The notes below the pieces were generated by a model. That model worked only from the letters and a program-made list of their open reading frames with translations, was not told the origin of the DNA and did no database searches. From positions 1 through 35,701 of IMG/VR virus record IMGVR_UViG_3300037419_003064: a stretch of DNA of 35,701 nt. One strand, given 5' to 3'. Position numbers and translations under genes: made by a program. Within the stretch, counting starts at the first letter, position 1, and each line of letters starts with the position of its first letter. This DNA is from a virus (lineage: Duplodnaviria > Caudoviricetes). Positions 24,698 to 34,093 of this stretch are shown here, piece by piece.

Positions 24698-25138
24698 TTA
24701 CTTGCGGCCGGTTGCCAGTCCTTCGACGTACGCAACAATATCGCCACTGGCGAATGTGGTTGCGGCAGTCGTTACCGTGAATATCAGATCGACATCGAAC
24801 TCAAACTTGATCGGAGCAAACCGGAACCGGGTAAGAGAGGCGGCTGACAGGAACGTAGTTGCGGCGGTGAAGTAATCCAATACGGCAGTCGGACCGTCGG
24901 CGGAATTGACCGGCGTATAACCGATCTTGACAGCGAATGCCGTGCCGCCTGTATCCAGGTCAGCATTGTTGATTTCAAGCCCGGTAACAGTCATGCCAGC
25001 GGGAATGCGAACCGGCTTATAAATATCAGCCGCTGCGCCAGCCGTAGGCGTCACCGTGCCATAGACGCGCATGGCATTGCCATATCCGCCCATGTACGGG
25101 GTTTTGCTGTTCAAATCTGCTGCGCTAAAAGTAGCCAT
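24698..25138 (-). CDS. Putative capsid decoration/cement protein
   Basis: 146 aa, A/T-rich, immediately after the major capsid gene, with strong AAGGAG RBS. Confidence 0.65.
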   Translation of the reverse strand: MATFSAADLNSKTPYMGGYGNAMRVYGTVTPTAGAAADIYKPVRIPAGMTVTGLEINNADLDTGGTAFAVKIGYTPVNSADGPTAVLDYFTAATTFLSAASLTRFRFAPIKFEFDVDLIFTVTTAATTFASGDIVAYVEGLATGRK

Positions 25139-25205
25139 TGTTAAAACTCCTTAAAAAATATGAGACTAGAGCGGCCCGAAGGCCGCGCTATTTGATCAGA
25201 ATGGA

Positions 25206-26477
25206 TTACAGCGGAACGGCGGAGTCAACCGCGATCACGCCAAAGTCTGTCGGAACCTTCGAGCCGGTGCCGTCATCAACCGAGAACCGGGTTTTCATGT
25301 GGCCGCATACTTTTTCGCCCATGACTTCAAGATTGCTCTCGAAGTTGTACCAGTGCTCTTTCCAACCGAACTGCATACCGGATACCTTCGTCTTGCCGTA
25401 GGCAATACCGAGGGCTTGGGCACCCAGCAACAGGCCGCGTTCGACTGCGTAGCCAGAGGTGAGCGAAGCATTGACAGCCTGATCGGTTTCGGTAGCGGTT
25501 GCCGCGTTGGCCGAAGTGATGATCTTGGTGGACTCGCTGATTGCGAAACGCACAGCGCGCTCGTTCTTGATCACCAGAATGCCATTCCACATTCCGACTT
25601 CACCCGCAAAAAGAGGGTGCTTGGTATCGAAATAAGCGGCCCGGTTCACGGCATTTTGCTGGAATGCCCGAAGCGATCCTTCCGTCAACAGAATCGAATA
25701 CTGATTAGGCGTTGCCAGGAAAACCCACATCTTGGAAGTTGCAGATGCCTTATCGCCGGGCAGGGAAACAGGCTGCAAGGGTTGATCCATGTCATCCAGC
25801 TTCTTGCGAAGCAGGTCCAGGTGCACCAGCTTCAGCGCATCTGTCGAAACGATGGAACCCAGTTGCTGTCCGCCTTGCGTCAGGCCCGAGCCATTCACCA
25901 CGAAATGGCGGTTATAGGTCGGTGCCTTGACCGTATTTACCATGATCGAGGCGAAGTTCGCGGAACTCTGGATCGGTATGGTCCAATCCATTCCTGTCTG
26001 GGAACCGCGAGCCCCCGCCAGGTGCACCAGCGAGGTTTGTGAGGATAACCGGGGGAAATAGCCGGATAACTGCGCCAGCGCGATTTCCCGCAATTGCCAT
26101 TTGGTGCGTTGCTGCGACATCGTTCCGCCAGCGTCTACCACTTTGCTGGACAGATCAATCTTGATGTCCATCGAAGAGAACGAAAGTGCGCTGCCACGGC
26201 CTTCGCGGTTCACGTCGCCCATGATAGGTTCGCCGCTGATCGTATCCACCAAATCGAGCGATACCGTGTCACCCGGATTCTTCATCAGGTTGTCGATACG
26301 CACGATAGGCAAGCCGGGCTCGGTCTGTCCGGCTACCTTTTCCATTGCCGAGGACGGATCAATCGGGCCAACCAGGTTGTCCATTGCCGTGCTTGCTTTC
26401 AGCGTATTCGCAAAGAGCGCGGCGCTATACTGCTTGATTGCTAACGAACTTCCGCTCGCTATGTTTGTTTCAGCCAT
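25206..26477 (-). CDS. Major capsid protein (N4-gp56/DUF4043 family)
   Basis: 'PIVRIDNL.K..GDTVS.DL', 'PIMGD...EGRG..L.FSS..IKID', 'GG.MSQQRT', 'HLAGARG', 'HPLFAGEVGMWNGILV', 'LLGAQAL' and 'DFGVIAVDSAV'. Confidence 0.92.
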   Translation of the reverse strand: MAETNIASGSSLAIKQYSAALFANTLKASTAMDNLVGPIDPSSAMEKVAGQTEPGLPIVRIDNLMKNPGDTVSLDLVDTISGEPIMGDVNREGRGSALSFSSMDIKIDLSSKVVDAGGTMSQQRTKWQLREIALAQLSGYFPRLSSQTSLVHLAGARGSQTGMDWTIPIQSSANFASIMVNTVKAPTYNRHFVVNGSGLTQGGQQLGSIVSTDALKLVHLDLLRKKLDDMDQPLQPVSLPGDKASATSKMWVFLATPNQYSILLTEGSLRAFQQNAVNRAAYFDTKHPLFAGEVGMWNGILVIKNERAVRFAISESTKIITSANAATATETDQAVNASLTSGYAVERGLLLGAQALGIAYGKTKVSGMQFGWKEHWYNFESNLEVMGEKVCGHMKTRFSVDDGTGSKVPTDFGVIAVDSAVPL

Positions 26478-26490
26478 TTCTCAAATCCTT

Positions 26491-27441
26491 TTAATCAAGT
26501 TCGGCTCTCAAGGCTTTCGCTTTGTGCGTGGGCATGCTCATCAGCTTCTTTGTGAGGTCTTGCGGATGCATATTCGCAATCTGTTCGGCCTCGGTAGCTG
26601 CCGGGCTTGCTCCGCCCTGAATATCCGATAGGGTTGTGGGTTTCCTTGCCGGGGCTTTCTCGACCTTGGCTTTCGCTTCGGCCTTTACTTTTTCCGGGTC
26701 GGCTTGTTTTTTCGGTGCTGAGGCGTCGGGCATGATGGCTCTTACGCGGCGGACAACTTCCGCGAACCGCTCCGCATAGGGCTTGTTTACCCATTTGGAA
26801 TTTGTCCGGAGAATCTCGTCCTGCCGTAAGGCTTCGTCCCATGCTTCTGGATCGCTGTTTTCCCAATGAACCAGGTCCGGGTTATTGTCCTTCGCTTCGG
26901 CTACTTGCTCTGCAACGCTCTGTTGCTGTATGCGCTCGGATTCCTCTTTTTCGCGCTTCAGTTCTTCAAGCGTTTTTTCCAGCTTTTCGCCTTGCTTGCG
27001 GCTCCCTTCGAGCACGGCGGCAATCACGGTATGGAGTTCAGGCATCTCTTCCTTGAGATTAGAAAGATGCTTGGCAATGGCGTCGTCTGCCTCTGCCACA
27101 TCTTTCTTGCTCCCGGCTTCATCCTTTGCCTTCAGCAGCTCATCCAGTTTGCTTTGGGCATCCTGTAATTGCTGCTTCAGTGTCGAATTCTCGACCCGTA
27201 ATTGCTTGTGCTTTTCGTAAGGGATAACCCCCTTGCCGCTCTTGTTCAGAATGACCGGCTCTTCCTCTTCACCCGCGCCGTTAGCCGCGCCTTCCTGCTC
27301 TTCCTGTTCGGGTTCATCGGTTTCCTTGCCGCCCTTTGCCGCCATGATTTCATCGAGCTTTTCTGGATTGGTTTCCAGAGTCTCGATTTCTTCAGGTGTC
27401 AGGGATGCGACTTGTTCATTTGTAAGCTGATCCAGTTCCAT
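26491..27441 (-). CDS. Capsid scaffolding protein
   Basis: Acidic coiled-coil with 'KSGKGVIPYE' motif, directly upstream of the capsid gene. GGAG RBS before ATG 27441. Confidence 0.8.
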   Translation of the reverse strand: MELDQLTNEQVASLTPEEIETLETNPEKLDEIMAAKGGKETDEPEQEEQEGAANGAGEEEEPVILNKSGKGVIPYEKHKQLRVENSTLKQQLQDAQSKLDELLKAKDEAGSKKDVAEADDAIAKHLSNLKEEMPELHTVIAAVLEGSRKQGEKLEKTLEELKREKEESERIQQQSVAEQVAEAKDNNPDLVHWENSDPEAWDEALRQDEILRTNSKWVNKPYAERFAEVVRRVRAIMPDASAPKKQADPEKVKAEAKAKVEKAPARKPTTLSDIQGGASPAATEAEQIANMHPQDLTKKLMSMPTHKAKALRAELD

Positions 27442-27606
27442 TGCCTTATCTCCAACTACTTGACCCAGTGAGCGGGCCTGCCGTGGCAGGGTTGATAGAA
27501 AACTTCGGTGTCGCCGTGAGCGCGTTTCAGTCCGTCGCAAATTGCGACGAGATCAAATTCCTTAATAAAATCAATTAATGGGGGAAAATCCCCCTTTTCT
27601 CAGGGC

Positions 27607-27632
27607 CAAAAAAAGCCGCTCGAAAGCGGCTT
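27607..27632 (-). terminator. Intrinsic terminator
   Basis: AAGCCGCT-TTCG-AGCGGCTT followed by a T-run. Confidence 0.8.
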
Positions 27633-27650
27633 AGGTTAAGAGTGAATATA

Positions 27651-29222
27651 TTATTTCCTCATCGTGTATCTTGGTGAGGCTGTGAGGTCCTCTACAGCGC
27701 CAAAATTAGGCGCTTGGTAAAATGGCCGTCCGTAGTAGTCCTTCCCTCCAAGATTAGCCCCAGATCGCATCAGCGCTGCCGCTTGTGGGCGGTAGAGCGT
27801 GTCTAGCATAGGGTGAACGCTCAGATCGTTGGCACCCTGGGAGATCCCAACGTATGGATTGGGAGAACCATAGATGTTGTTGTAATCAGCGGTAGTAGAG
27901 GGATTGGCTCCTATGAAGAAACCTATACCGCAGTTATGCATAATATTGTTCTTCACCGTGATATTCCCGGTTAGCGCGCTGGTCCCTACCTTCCATACGG
28001 CGGCATTGCAGTTAATGAAAGTGTTGTTCAGGACATGATTGCCTGTTTCTTCCGATCTTCCGAAGAATGTCCCGCGGTTGCAGTCCTTGACAATATTCCC
28101 GATGTACTTTGATCCGGTTGCAGTCCAGAATGCCAGTCCGCACCCGCTGTTAGGATCGCCCGTACTGATCAAATCCGCGATGTAATTACCGTAGGCAAGA
28201 CCATCTATGGTCAAGTCATCGAAGAAAATTCCATTGCCGTCTATGGGAAAGCCATTCTGGAAGCTGGCCGTATCGGTGCCTGAGCGAATTCCTGTCACTC
28301 GGTTGAAGATGATTCGTGGCTGCTTGTTTTTGGCAGTCTGAATCCCGCCGCCGGTAACGTAGCAATCCCTTACCGTGTTATTGGCGATCAGCGGAGCGAC
28401 GAAACCAGATAAAAGCAATCCTCCATGATTGCCGTTATCTCCCGCTACGGTGCCGCAGTCATGAACCGTGTTCCCGGACACAACCAAGCCCGATGAATAA
28501 ATAGGCGGCGGCGTTGTTTTATCGTTATTGCACGTCCTGAGGTAGATCGAAGGTCCGGGAGTGTTATAGACCGTGTTGTTCGCGACCAGATAATCCTTGA
28601 AGCTCGACGTATCCCAAGCAGCGTTGGTAGATTCAATAGCAAGATAGATGCCGTACAAACCAGTATCGTGAACTGTGTTTCCAGTTATTTTGATCCCGGA
28701 GGATACAATCGACGCTGTGCCTATGCCTTGCGCGATGCCCATATTTTCCTGCCCCGAGATAAGGCAATTGCTAACAGTCATCGAGGTATAGGCTATGCTT
28801 GAGTCTAGCCCCACAGCAGCATAACCACCGACCAGGGAGCATCCATCAATTACTATACCGGCCGCAGCCCCAATGTATATGCAGTATTGCCCACTGGCTG
28901 TGCTAGTAATGGCCAGCGCTTTGATCGTTGTCCACGCTCTACTGCAATTCATCCAGCCAGCAACCGTGAAGTTTATGCTCCCAGCGTCGCCGGAATAATC
29001 GCCTCTGATCGTTGCTCTGGTTGTATTGGATGATCCGCCGTGCGCCCCCACTGCTATGGAAGCGGTATAAGCATGAGCGCCACAAAGGTAGAGCGTATCG
29101 CCTGCATTAACGCCGGACGCGCCCCAAACGATCTCAGACCAGCCGCCCCATGCCGTGGCATAAGACGTGCCGTTGCGCGTTCCGCTATGGCTTGTATCGG
29201 GGCGAACGTACCAGGTCGTCAT
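27651..29222 (-). CDS. Right-handed parallel beta-helix (pectin-lyase-like) protein; depolymerase/spike candidate
   Basis: Repeated PbH1-type strands 'ITGNTVHD', 'VANNTVYN', 'VSGNTVHD', 'IANNTVRD', 'VLNNTFIN' and 'VKNNIMHN'. Confidence 0.8.
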   Translation of the reverse strand: MTTWYVRPDTSHSGTRNGTSYATAWGGWSEIVWGASGVNAGDTLYLCGAHAYTASIAVGAHGGSSNTTRATIRGDYSGDAGSINFTVAGWMNCSRAWTTIKALAITSTASGQYCIYIGAAAGIVIDGCSLVGGYAAVGLDSSIAYTSMTVSNCLISGQENMGIAQGIGTASIVSSGIKITGNTVHDTGLYGIYLAIESTNAAWDTSSFKDYLVANNTVYNTPGPSIYLRTCNNDKTTPPPIYSSGLVVSGNTVHDCGTVAGDNGNHGGLLLSGFVAPLIANNTVRDCYVTGGGIQTAKNKQPRIIFNRVTGIRSGTDTASFQNGFPIDGNGIFFDDLTIDGLAYGNYIADLISTGDPNSGCGLAFWTATGSKYIGNIVKDCNRGTFFGRSEETGNHVLNNTFINCNAAVWKVGTSALTGNITVKNNIMHNCGIGFFIGANPSTTADYNNIYGSPNPYVGISQGANDLSVHPMLDTLYRPQAAALMRSGANLGGKDYYGRPFYQAPNFGAVEDLTASPRYTMRK

Positions 29223-29225
29223 TCT

Positions 29226-29798
29226 TTAATCCCCAACGAAATGAAGGCAGCGGTAATACTCAAGCGCCATTGCTTCGCTTGCTGCGCGTTGGCCTAATAT
29301 CTGCACGGTCACAGCCACCGAAAAGTCGATTGAATAGGTCGCTGGTGCGCCTGAACCCGCCGTAATGTATGTGTTGTCGTACGGCTGGATTTGTGATGCA
29401 AGCGAATTGCGGTTCGCCAGGACGATTAGCGGCGCCTCTTTAACAGATGTCGTGCGCGTCGTGTTGTACACCGTTGATCCGCCCACTTTGACCTTGCAGA
29501 GCTTGTTATTCGCGCTGCTCGCGAATGTCCAGAGGGGTTCGATTTGCAGGATACTGTTCGGCCCCAGTATTCCAGCCGCAATCGTGAACGCCGCCAGAAT
29601 CTCATCAACGCCAGTAGAGGAGCATGATACGGATACGGCAGAACTGGATAGAACCTCGACCGGCTTGGTGACAGCGGGGTAATTAACGGCATCCCCTTGG
29701 GCTATTAAAGCGGTTTCAGTCGGCGTGTCGAACAGTGCCACGGAGCCCTTGCCATATCGGTAGCCATAAACCGTTTCATCGTTCAGGAACTTAATCAT
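29226..29798 (-). CDS. Hypothetical virion protein (beta-sandwich)
   Basis: AGAGG RBS. Lies between portal and beta-helix genes. Confidence 0.65.
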   Translation of the reverse strand: MIKFLNDETVYGYRYGKGSVALFDTPTETALIAQGDAVNYPAVTKPVEVLSSSAVSVSCSSTGVDEILAAFTIAAGILGPNSILQIEPLWTFASSANNKLCKVKVGGSTVYNTTRTTSVKEAPLIVLANRNSLASQIQPYDNTYITAGSGAPATYSIDFSVAVTVQILGQRAASEAMALEYYRCLHFVGD

Positions 29799-29809
29799 TG
29801 AGTACCTCT

Positions 29810-31957
29810 TTATGCGTTGACATTATTAGCAAACTTGGTGCCTTGTGCCGCTAGATTGGCCGCCGCCGTGCGCTCGTCAAGTGCTTGTTTTCGTTGAGCG
29901 ATCGTCACATTTTCTGCACCGATTATTGCGTCGGAATGCGCTTTCTCTGCCTGTATGCTCAGCGCATCGGACTTGTCGGATAATGCTTGCTTGAGTTGTG
30001 CGACCTGAAGCATTAACTGCTGAATTTGCGGCTGCGCCTGAGCGTCTGCCTGTAGTTTCTGAATCTCTGCCTGTAGCTTATCGACCTGAGCTTGCTTGGC
30101 TTGCAGGTCCAGTTCCACGGCTTTCATCTGTATCGCCTGCTGCTGTTGTGCGGCTTGCGCTTGCGCCTGCTCCTGCTCTGGCGTAGTTGGGCCGGGCACA
30201 TTGCCTACCTTGCGCAGTTGATCCGCGACCTCATGCCGGTTTGGCACATCGGACAATTCAAGCATGATTGGATAGAGCACGGCTTGATACGGCGGCGGAG
30301 CTGCGGTGACAATCTGACTGAATGCGTTTAATTGCTGCGCCCGGAAGCTAGGCGTCGATGGGATGTCCTCAAGCACCACCTTGACCATGGCAGAAGCAAT
30401 ATCGTTCTCGATAACCGGGCCTTGAGGCGTCATAACCTCTCGGTTGATGTAAATGACCTTCTTCTGTGCGCCTTGCTGCACTGATATTTGCGACGGTTTG
30501 CCTAGCAAATCCTGCTTCACGAACGCCAGTATCTGTTGCCCTACCAGGCGCCGCGCATACCGGAAATTATCGTTCGGCTCTGCCAATACGGTTGAACCCT
30601 GCTCGACCAGGTTATTAATAGCGATACCGCTTTTTGCATCGTTGGATTGCCCCAGCATTGCCCGGTAGACGCCGCTTACTTCCTCTATTCGCTGTTTGCG
30701 CTCTTGTACAAGCTGAAGTACCTGGCTTGCCAGAGCATTGTCAGCCGCCACCCTGAACCCTTCGGCATTGCGGCGTTGTGCATTGAGCACCACAAAAGAT
30801 CGTGGACTGGCGACATTCTGGGCCACTTCCTGATACGTGTTCTGTGTCAGGTCCAGTGCATCGTTATCGACTTCTACGCGCTTCGAGTTCAGTACCTCAT
30901 AAAGCAAAATATCCAGATCGATGATCTGATCCTGAGGCCCGCGCATGTCGCGAATCAGGCCGTACGGCGTGCGGCTCCTGTCCTTGCGAAAACACCAGAA
31001 TGGAATGTAGGGAAAGCCGTTATGCGGCAATGGCGTCGGCTCATCCATCAACTTGTGAGGCCCGAGCCAGATAGAGACGCGCATACGCGGCAAAAGGGCT
31101 TTCTGTACCTGTACTACGCCTTGCGCAACCGCTGCCTCATGGTATGGATTGCCCGGCTGATATTCGACCGCAGAGCCCGTAGGAAGCCACAATACAGGCG
31201 CTTGCTCATAGTATCGATACCAGAGTTCAGAGAGGCGCACCATGCCCGCAGCGCGGTTAAGGTAATCGTCCTGCTGTGCGCCCCATTGCTGTTCGACCTC
31301 ATAGGCCCGCGCCATGGTAGAGTCGGAACCGTCGTACACATCCAGATTATTCCAGCCGTTCCAGGTGTTCTGGATCAGAGCCGCCTCATCCGGGAACATT
31401 TCAAGCGCTTGCGAGCGATCCACCCACTTGTCGCGGCGAAGGTAACGCGCATCTGACAAATCCGGTTCGCGTGCTGTCCAGTCCCAATAAATGTCGTTGC
31501 GGTGAACTTCGCGCACTCTGTAGGGATACTTTAATGGATCAAATTCGCGGGATACCTCGACCCACCCCAGACCGGCGCGCATCATGCCCGAATAGGCGTC
31601 GGACATGGCCCGGTCAGCACGTGATTCCGTCTCAACTTCCTTTATCTTGGCAGAGAGTGCCTGTGCTATCTCATCCTGTGCCTCATCGTCAGAAGTAACC
31701 TTGTAATCAGTGCGGCTGCGCGCTTCCAATCCCAGCACTGCGTTGATCGTGGGCTTGATCAGATTCGAGTCTTGCGGGGGGATTCCGGCCTCTTTCAGCT
31801 TAGCGTTGACCGCTGCCGTGATCTGAGCACCATCGTAGTAATCACAGTCAACATTCGAGTCCTCACGCCATTTTGGTTGGTTTCGGATGTCTCGACATAT
31901 CTTGTCGTATGCCTCGATTGTGATGTCCTTGGTGATGGGTGATAGCGGATCATTCAT
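29810..31957 (-). CDS. Portal protein (P22-like, C-terminal Q-rich barrel)
   Basis: 'DYYDGAQ', 'NLIKPTINAVLGLE', 'DLSDARY', 'PYGLIRDMRGPQD', 'SGIAINNLVEQG' and a Q-rich coiled coil. ATG 31957 is ATGA-coupled to TerL (alternative start 31966). Confidence 0.92.
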   Translation of the reverse strand: MNDPLSPITKDITIEAYDKICRDIRNQPKWREDSNVDCDYYDGAQITAAVNAKLKEAGIPPQDSNLIKPTINAVLGLEARSRTDYKVTSDDEAQDEIAQALSAKIKEVETESRADRAMSDAYSGMMRAGLGWVEVSREFDPLKYPYRVREVHRNDIYWDWTAREPDLSDARYLRRDKWVDRSQALEMFPDEAALIQNTWNGWNNLDVYDGSDSTMARAYEVEQQWGAQQDDYLNRAAGMVRLSELWYRYYEQAPVLWLPTGSAVEYQPGNPYHEAAVAQGVVQVQKALLPRMRVSIWLGPHKLMDEPTPLPHNGFPYIPFWCFRKDRSRTPYGLIRDMRGPQDQIIDLDILLYEVLNSKRVEVDNDALDLTQNTYQEVAQNVASPRSFVVLNAQRRNAEGFRVAADNALASQVLQLVQERKQRIEEVSGVYRAMLGQSNDAKSGIAINNLVEQGSTVLAEPNDNFRYARRLVGQQILAFVKQDLLGKPSQISVQQGAQKKVIYINREVMTPQGPVIENDIASAMVKVVLEDIPSTPSFRAQQLNAFSQIVTAAPPPYQAVLYPIMLELSDVPNRHEVADQLRKVGNVPGPTTPEQEQAQAQAAQQQQAIQMKAVELDLQAKQAQVDKLQAEIQKLQADAQAQPQIQQLMLQVAQLKQALSDKSDALSIQAEKAHSDAIIGAENVTIAQRKQALDERTAAANLAAQGTKFANNVNA

Positions 31958-33267
31958 GCTCGCCACCCTCCCATCCTTATGCCGCGGGCGCTTGCCGTGC
32001 GCGTATCTTCGGCAATCGATAGGGCGAAGTACCGGAACGCGTCGGCAGCATGGCTGTGATAGTCGTGCAAGGGTTTCCCGCTGAACTGTTTCGTGTCCGG
32101 GTCAACGTCGTAGCGGTAATGCCTCAAGCTCTGTAACCCATCTGCACACTTGCGCTCATCGAAATAGCACCGATTAAATACGGTCCTGGCAGCGTTGATG
32201 CCATCGAATATGGATAGGTTTGGCGTAATCTGTACTTTTCGCCCAGCCGCCAGCATGATTTCCTCGACAGAGCGCCCTGTTGCAATTGTCTTAGCCTTTG
32301 CATCGTGCGGTAGCCAGTCTGTACCATAGATGTATCCCTTGTTTTGCAGCACGCCAATGTAATGCTGAATGGGTAGCTGGTTATTGCTGTAGTAGTCAAT
32401 CAATCGCAGCTCAGCCCCTACAGACTGCGCGAACCATATACTCGTGTTATCTGCCCACCCAAGATCAAAAAACGTCTGTACGGGCTTCGTCGCGTCGTAT
32501 GGCACACTTCTTATGCGCCCTTCGTCCTGTGCCTGGCGCAACTCTTTCGCATAGATCGCACCATCGAGGGTTACCCGGCAATTCCCCTCCCAGATGTTCT
32601 GATATGCATCGGGATCTTTGCGCTTGAGTTCGTCCTTCTCACCTGGCAGCGTGGTTTCATGGAACCATGGATTGTCACTCCAATTTATCTTCTGAACTAT
32701 CGCATCAGATGGAGGATCAACCACAAAGCGCTGATAGGTTTCATCGCTTTCTAAGACTGGATTAAAAGTTATCCATATCTCGGAGCCTTCTTTCCGTATC
32801 GTCGGGATCAGTGTTTCCCAGCTTGATTTCGAGACGGTTTGTGCCTCTTCAATCCAGGCAATGTCCACATCTTCAAGCGATTTGATATTGGTTATGTTGT
32901 TTTTTAGTCCGCTGAAAATGAACTCGGAGCCATTGGCCCCGAGAATTGTTGCGTTCTGCACTGTGTAGAAAGCCTGCATTCCCATCTTATTTAGCTGGGA
33001 CTGTAAAAGATGGTGGACAGATTCCTTAATCGAATTCTGAAATTCGCGTGCGCAGAGTATGCGCAGCGGTTTGCTTGCTGCCAGGATCAATAAAGCTCTG
33101 GCTACGCCCCAGCTCTTCGATCCACCCCGGCCACCGTACATAACTTTGTAGCGGGCTGGTGCAAACAGAAATTGCAGCTTCTCGGGGAATTCGGCGTTAA
33201 GTGTGGACATCAATAAACTGTCAGAATAGGCTCTATAAGTACTTTGATCGTGTGTCAGACTAATCAA
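31954..33267 (-). CDS. terL: Terminase large subunit (PBSX-family)
   Basis: Walker A 'YGGRGGSKS', 'CAREFQNSIKESV', Walker B 'WIEEAQ', 'PTIRKEGSEIWITFNP', and RNase H-like 'DLGWAD...SHAADAFRY'. Start is TTG 33267 or ATG 33210. Confidence 0.95.
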   Translation of the reverse strand: MISLTHDQSTYRAYSDSLLMSTLNAEFPEKLQFLFAPARYKVMYGGRGGSKSWGVARALLILAASKPLRILCAREFQNSIKESVHHLLQSQLNKMGMQAFYTVQNATILGANGSEFIFSGLKNNITNIKSLEDVDIAWIEEAQTVSKSSWETLIPTIRKEGSEIWITFNPVLESDETYQRFVVDPPSDAIVQKINWSDNPWFHETTLPGEKDELKRKDPDAYQNIWEGNCRVTLDGAIYAKELRQAQDEGRIRSVPYDATKPVQTFFDLGWADNTSIWFAQSVGAELRLIDYYSNNQLPIQHYIGVLQNKGYIYGTDWLPHDAKAKTIATGRSVEEIMLAAGRKVQITPNLSIFDGINAARTVFNRCYFDERKCADGLQSLRHYRYDVDPDTKQFSGKPLHDYHSHAADAFRYFALSIAEDTRTASARGIRMGGWRA

Positions 33268-33288
33268 TAATCAATCCTAATCGGACAG

Positions 33289-33483
33289 TTAAACTGTCAG
33301 ATCAAGGTGTCCGTCTGGGGTATACCCTAACTTGACGATCTGGAATGGCGCATCATCAGGACGCTCTCTTTCCAGAAGACTTACCGCATAAATCAAAAGA
33401 CTCTCATTGCCAGCAGAGAGAAAACGGCCTGTTGGCTTGCCATCGTTATCTATGATTCCCCAACCGTAGTGCTTATTTGGCAT
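33289..33483 (-). CDS. Hypothetical protein (64 aa)
   Basis: ORF in operon orientation between TerS and TerL. Confidence 0.55.
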   Translation of the reverse strand: MPNKHYGWGIIDNDGKPTGRFLSAGNESLLIYAVSLLERERPDDAPFQIVKLGYTPDGHLDLTV

Positions 33484-33556
33484 GATTTCCCACTTTACCC
33501 CTGTTTTATGGGTATCAAGCCGGACACATGAGCGATACTTTTTCCCACTTTACCCA

Positions 33557-33835
33557 TTAAAAAGCCTGTCCATTGCCGCAGTTAATGCAGATAGCCTGAG
33601 TAGTCGTAATGCGGAACAAGTCACAACCGCAAGCACATTTCCAGATGTGGCCGGATGCAGGCATCCCGGCGTATATCATCCTGCCTTTTTCGGTGCGGCA
33701 GTTCGGGCATTCGAGTAGCGTAGACCCAACGGGAGCGACTGCCACCCATTCATGGCTACATGCCATGCATACCGCTTCGCCTGACATATGCGGCGCACGC
33801 GGCTCGGGCTTTTTGAATTCAACTATGATGGGCAT
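33557..33835 (-). CDS. Cys-rich double zinc-ribbon protein
   Basis: CMAC, CPNC, CACGC and CINC motifs. ATG 33835 with GGAG RBS and TGATG overlap. Confidence 0.7.
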   Translation of the reverse strand: MPIIVEFKKPEPRAPHMSGEAVCMACSHEWVAVAPVGSTLLECPNCRTEKGRMIYAGMPASGHIWKCACGCDLFRITTTQAICINCGNGQAF

Positions 33836-34029
33836 CAGCTCTGCTCCAGGACTTGTGGCTTCAGATAATCCAGGTAATACCGCTCCATGTTTCTGGGATT
33901 GGGCTTGCGTTTCCTTTTCTTTTGTCCCTGCCTTGCCTGTTGCAAATTCCTGATGCAAACGTCATGTTTCCCTGACTTGCGAGGTTGACCGCACCAGTTG
34001 CAGATAAAACAATTAATTTTCAGGATCAA
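33835..34029 (-). CDS. Small basic Zn-finger-like protein (CxxC..H..C)
   Basis: 'CNWCGQPRKSGKHDVC' with K/R-rich tail. TTG start is uncertain. Confidence 0.45.
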   Translation of the reverse strand: MILKINCFICNWCGQPRKSGKHDVCIRNLQQARQGQKKRKRKPNPRNMERYYLDYLKPQVLEQS

Positions 34030-34093
34030 GCCTATGCTTAGGTATTAACCACTGGATTTAAATCGATTGTAGAGCGTTTAAATCGCTTAGTTA

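Noticed and set aside
25171-25186. GCGGCC-TTCG-GGCCGC hairpin after the capsid gene as a terminator or frameshift signal
   Set aside because: No immediate U-tract and no slippery site at the capsid 3' end. Probably an mRNA-stabilising or partial-termination hairpin.
4497-33718. Numerous plus-strand ORFs antisense to virion genes (e.g. 25299-26042, 30647-31456, 26101-26631)
   Set aside because: Shadow ORFs of well-supported minus-strand genes, with no RBS or recognisable motifs.
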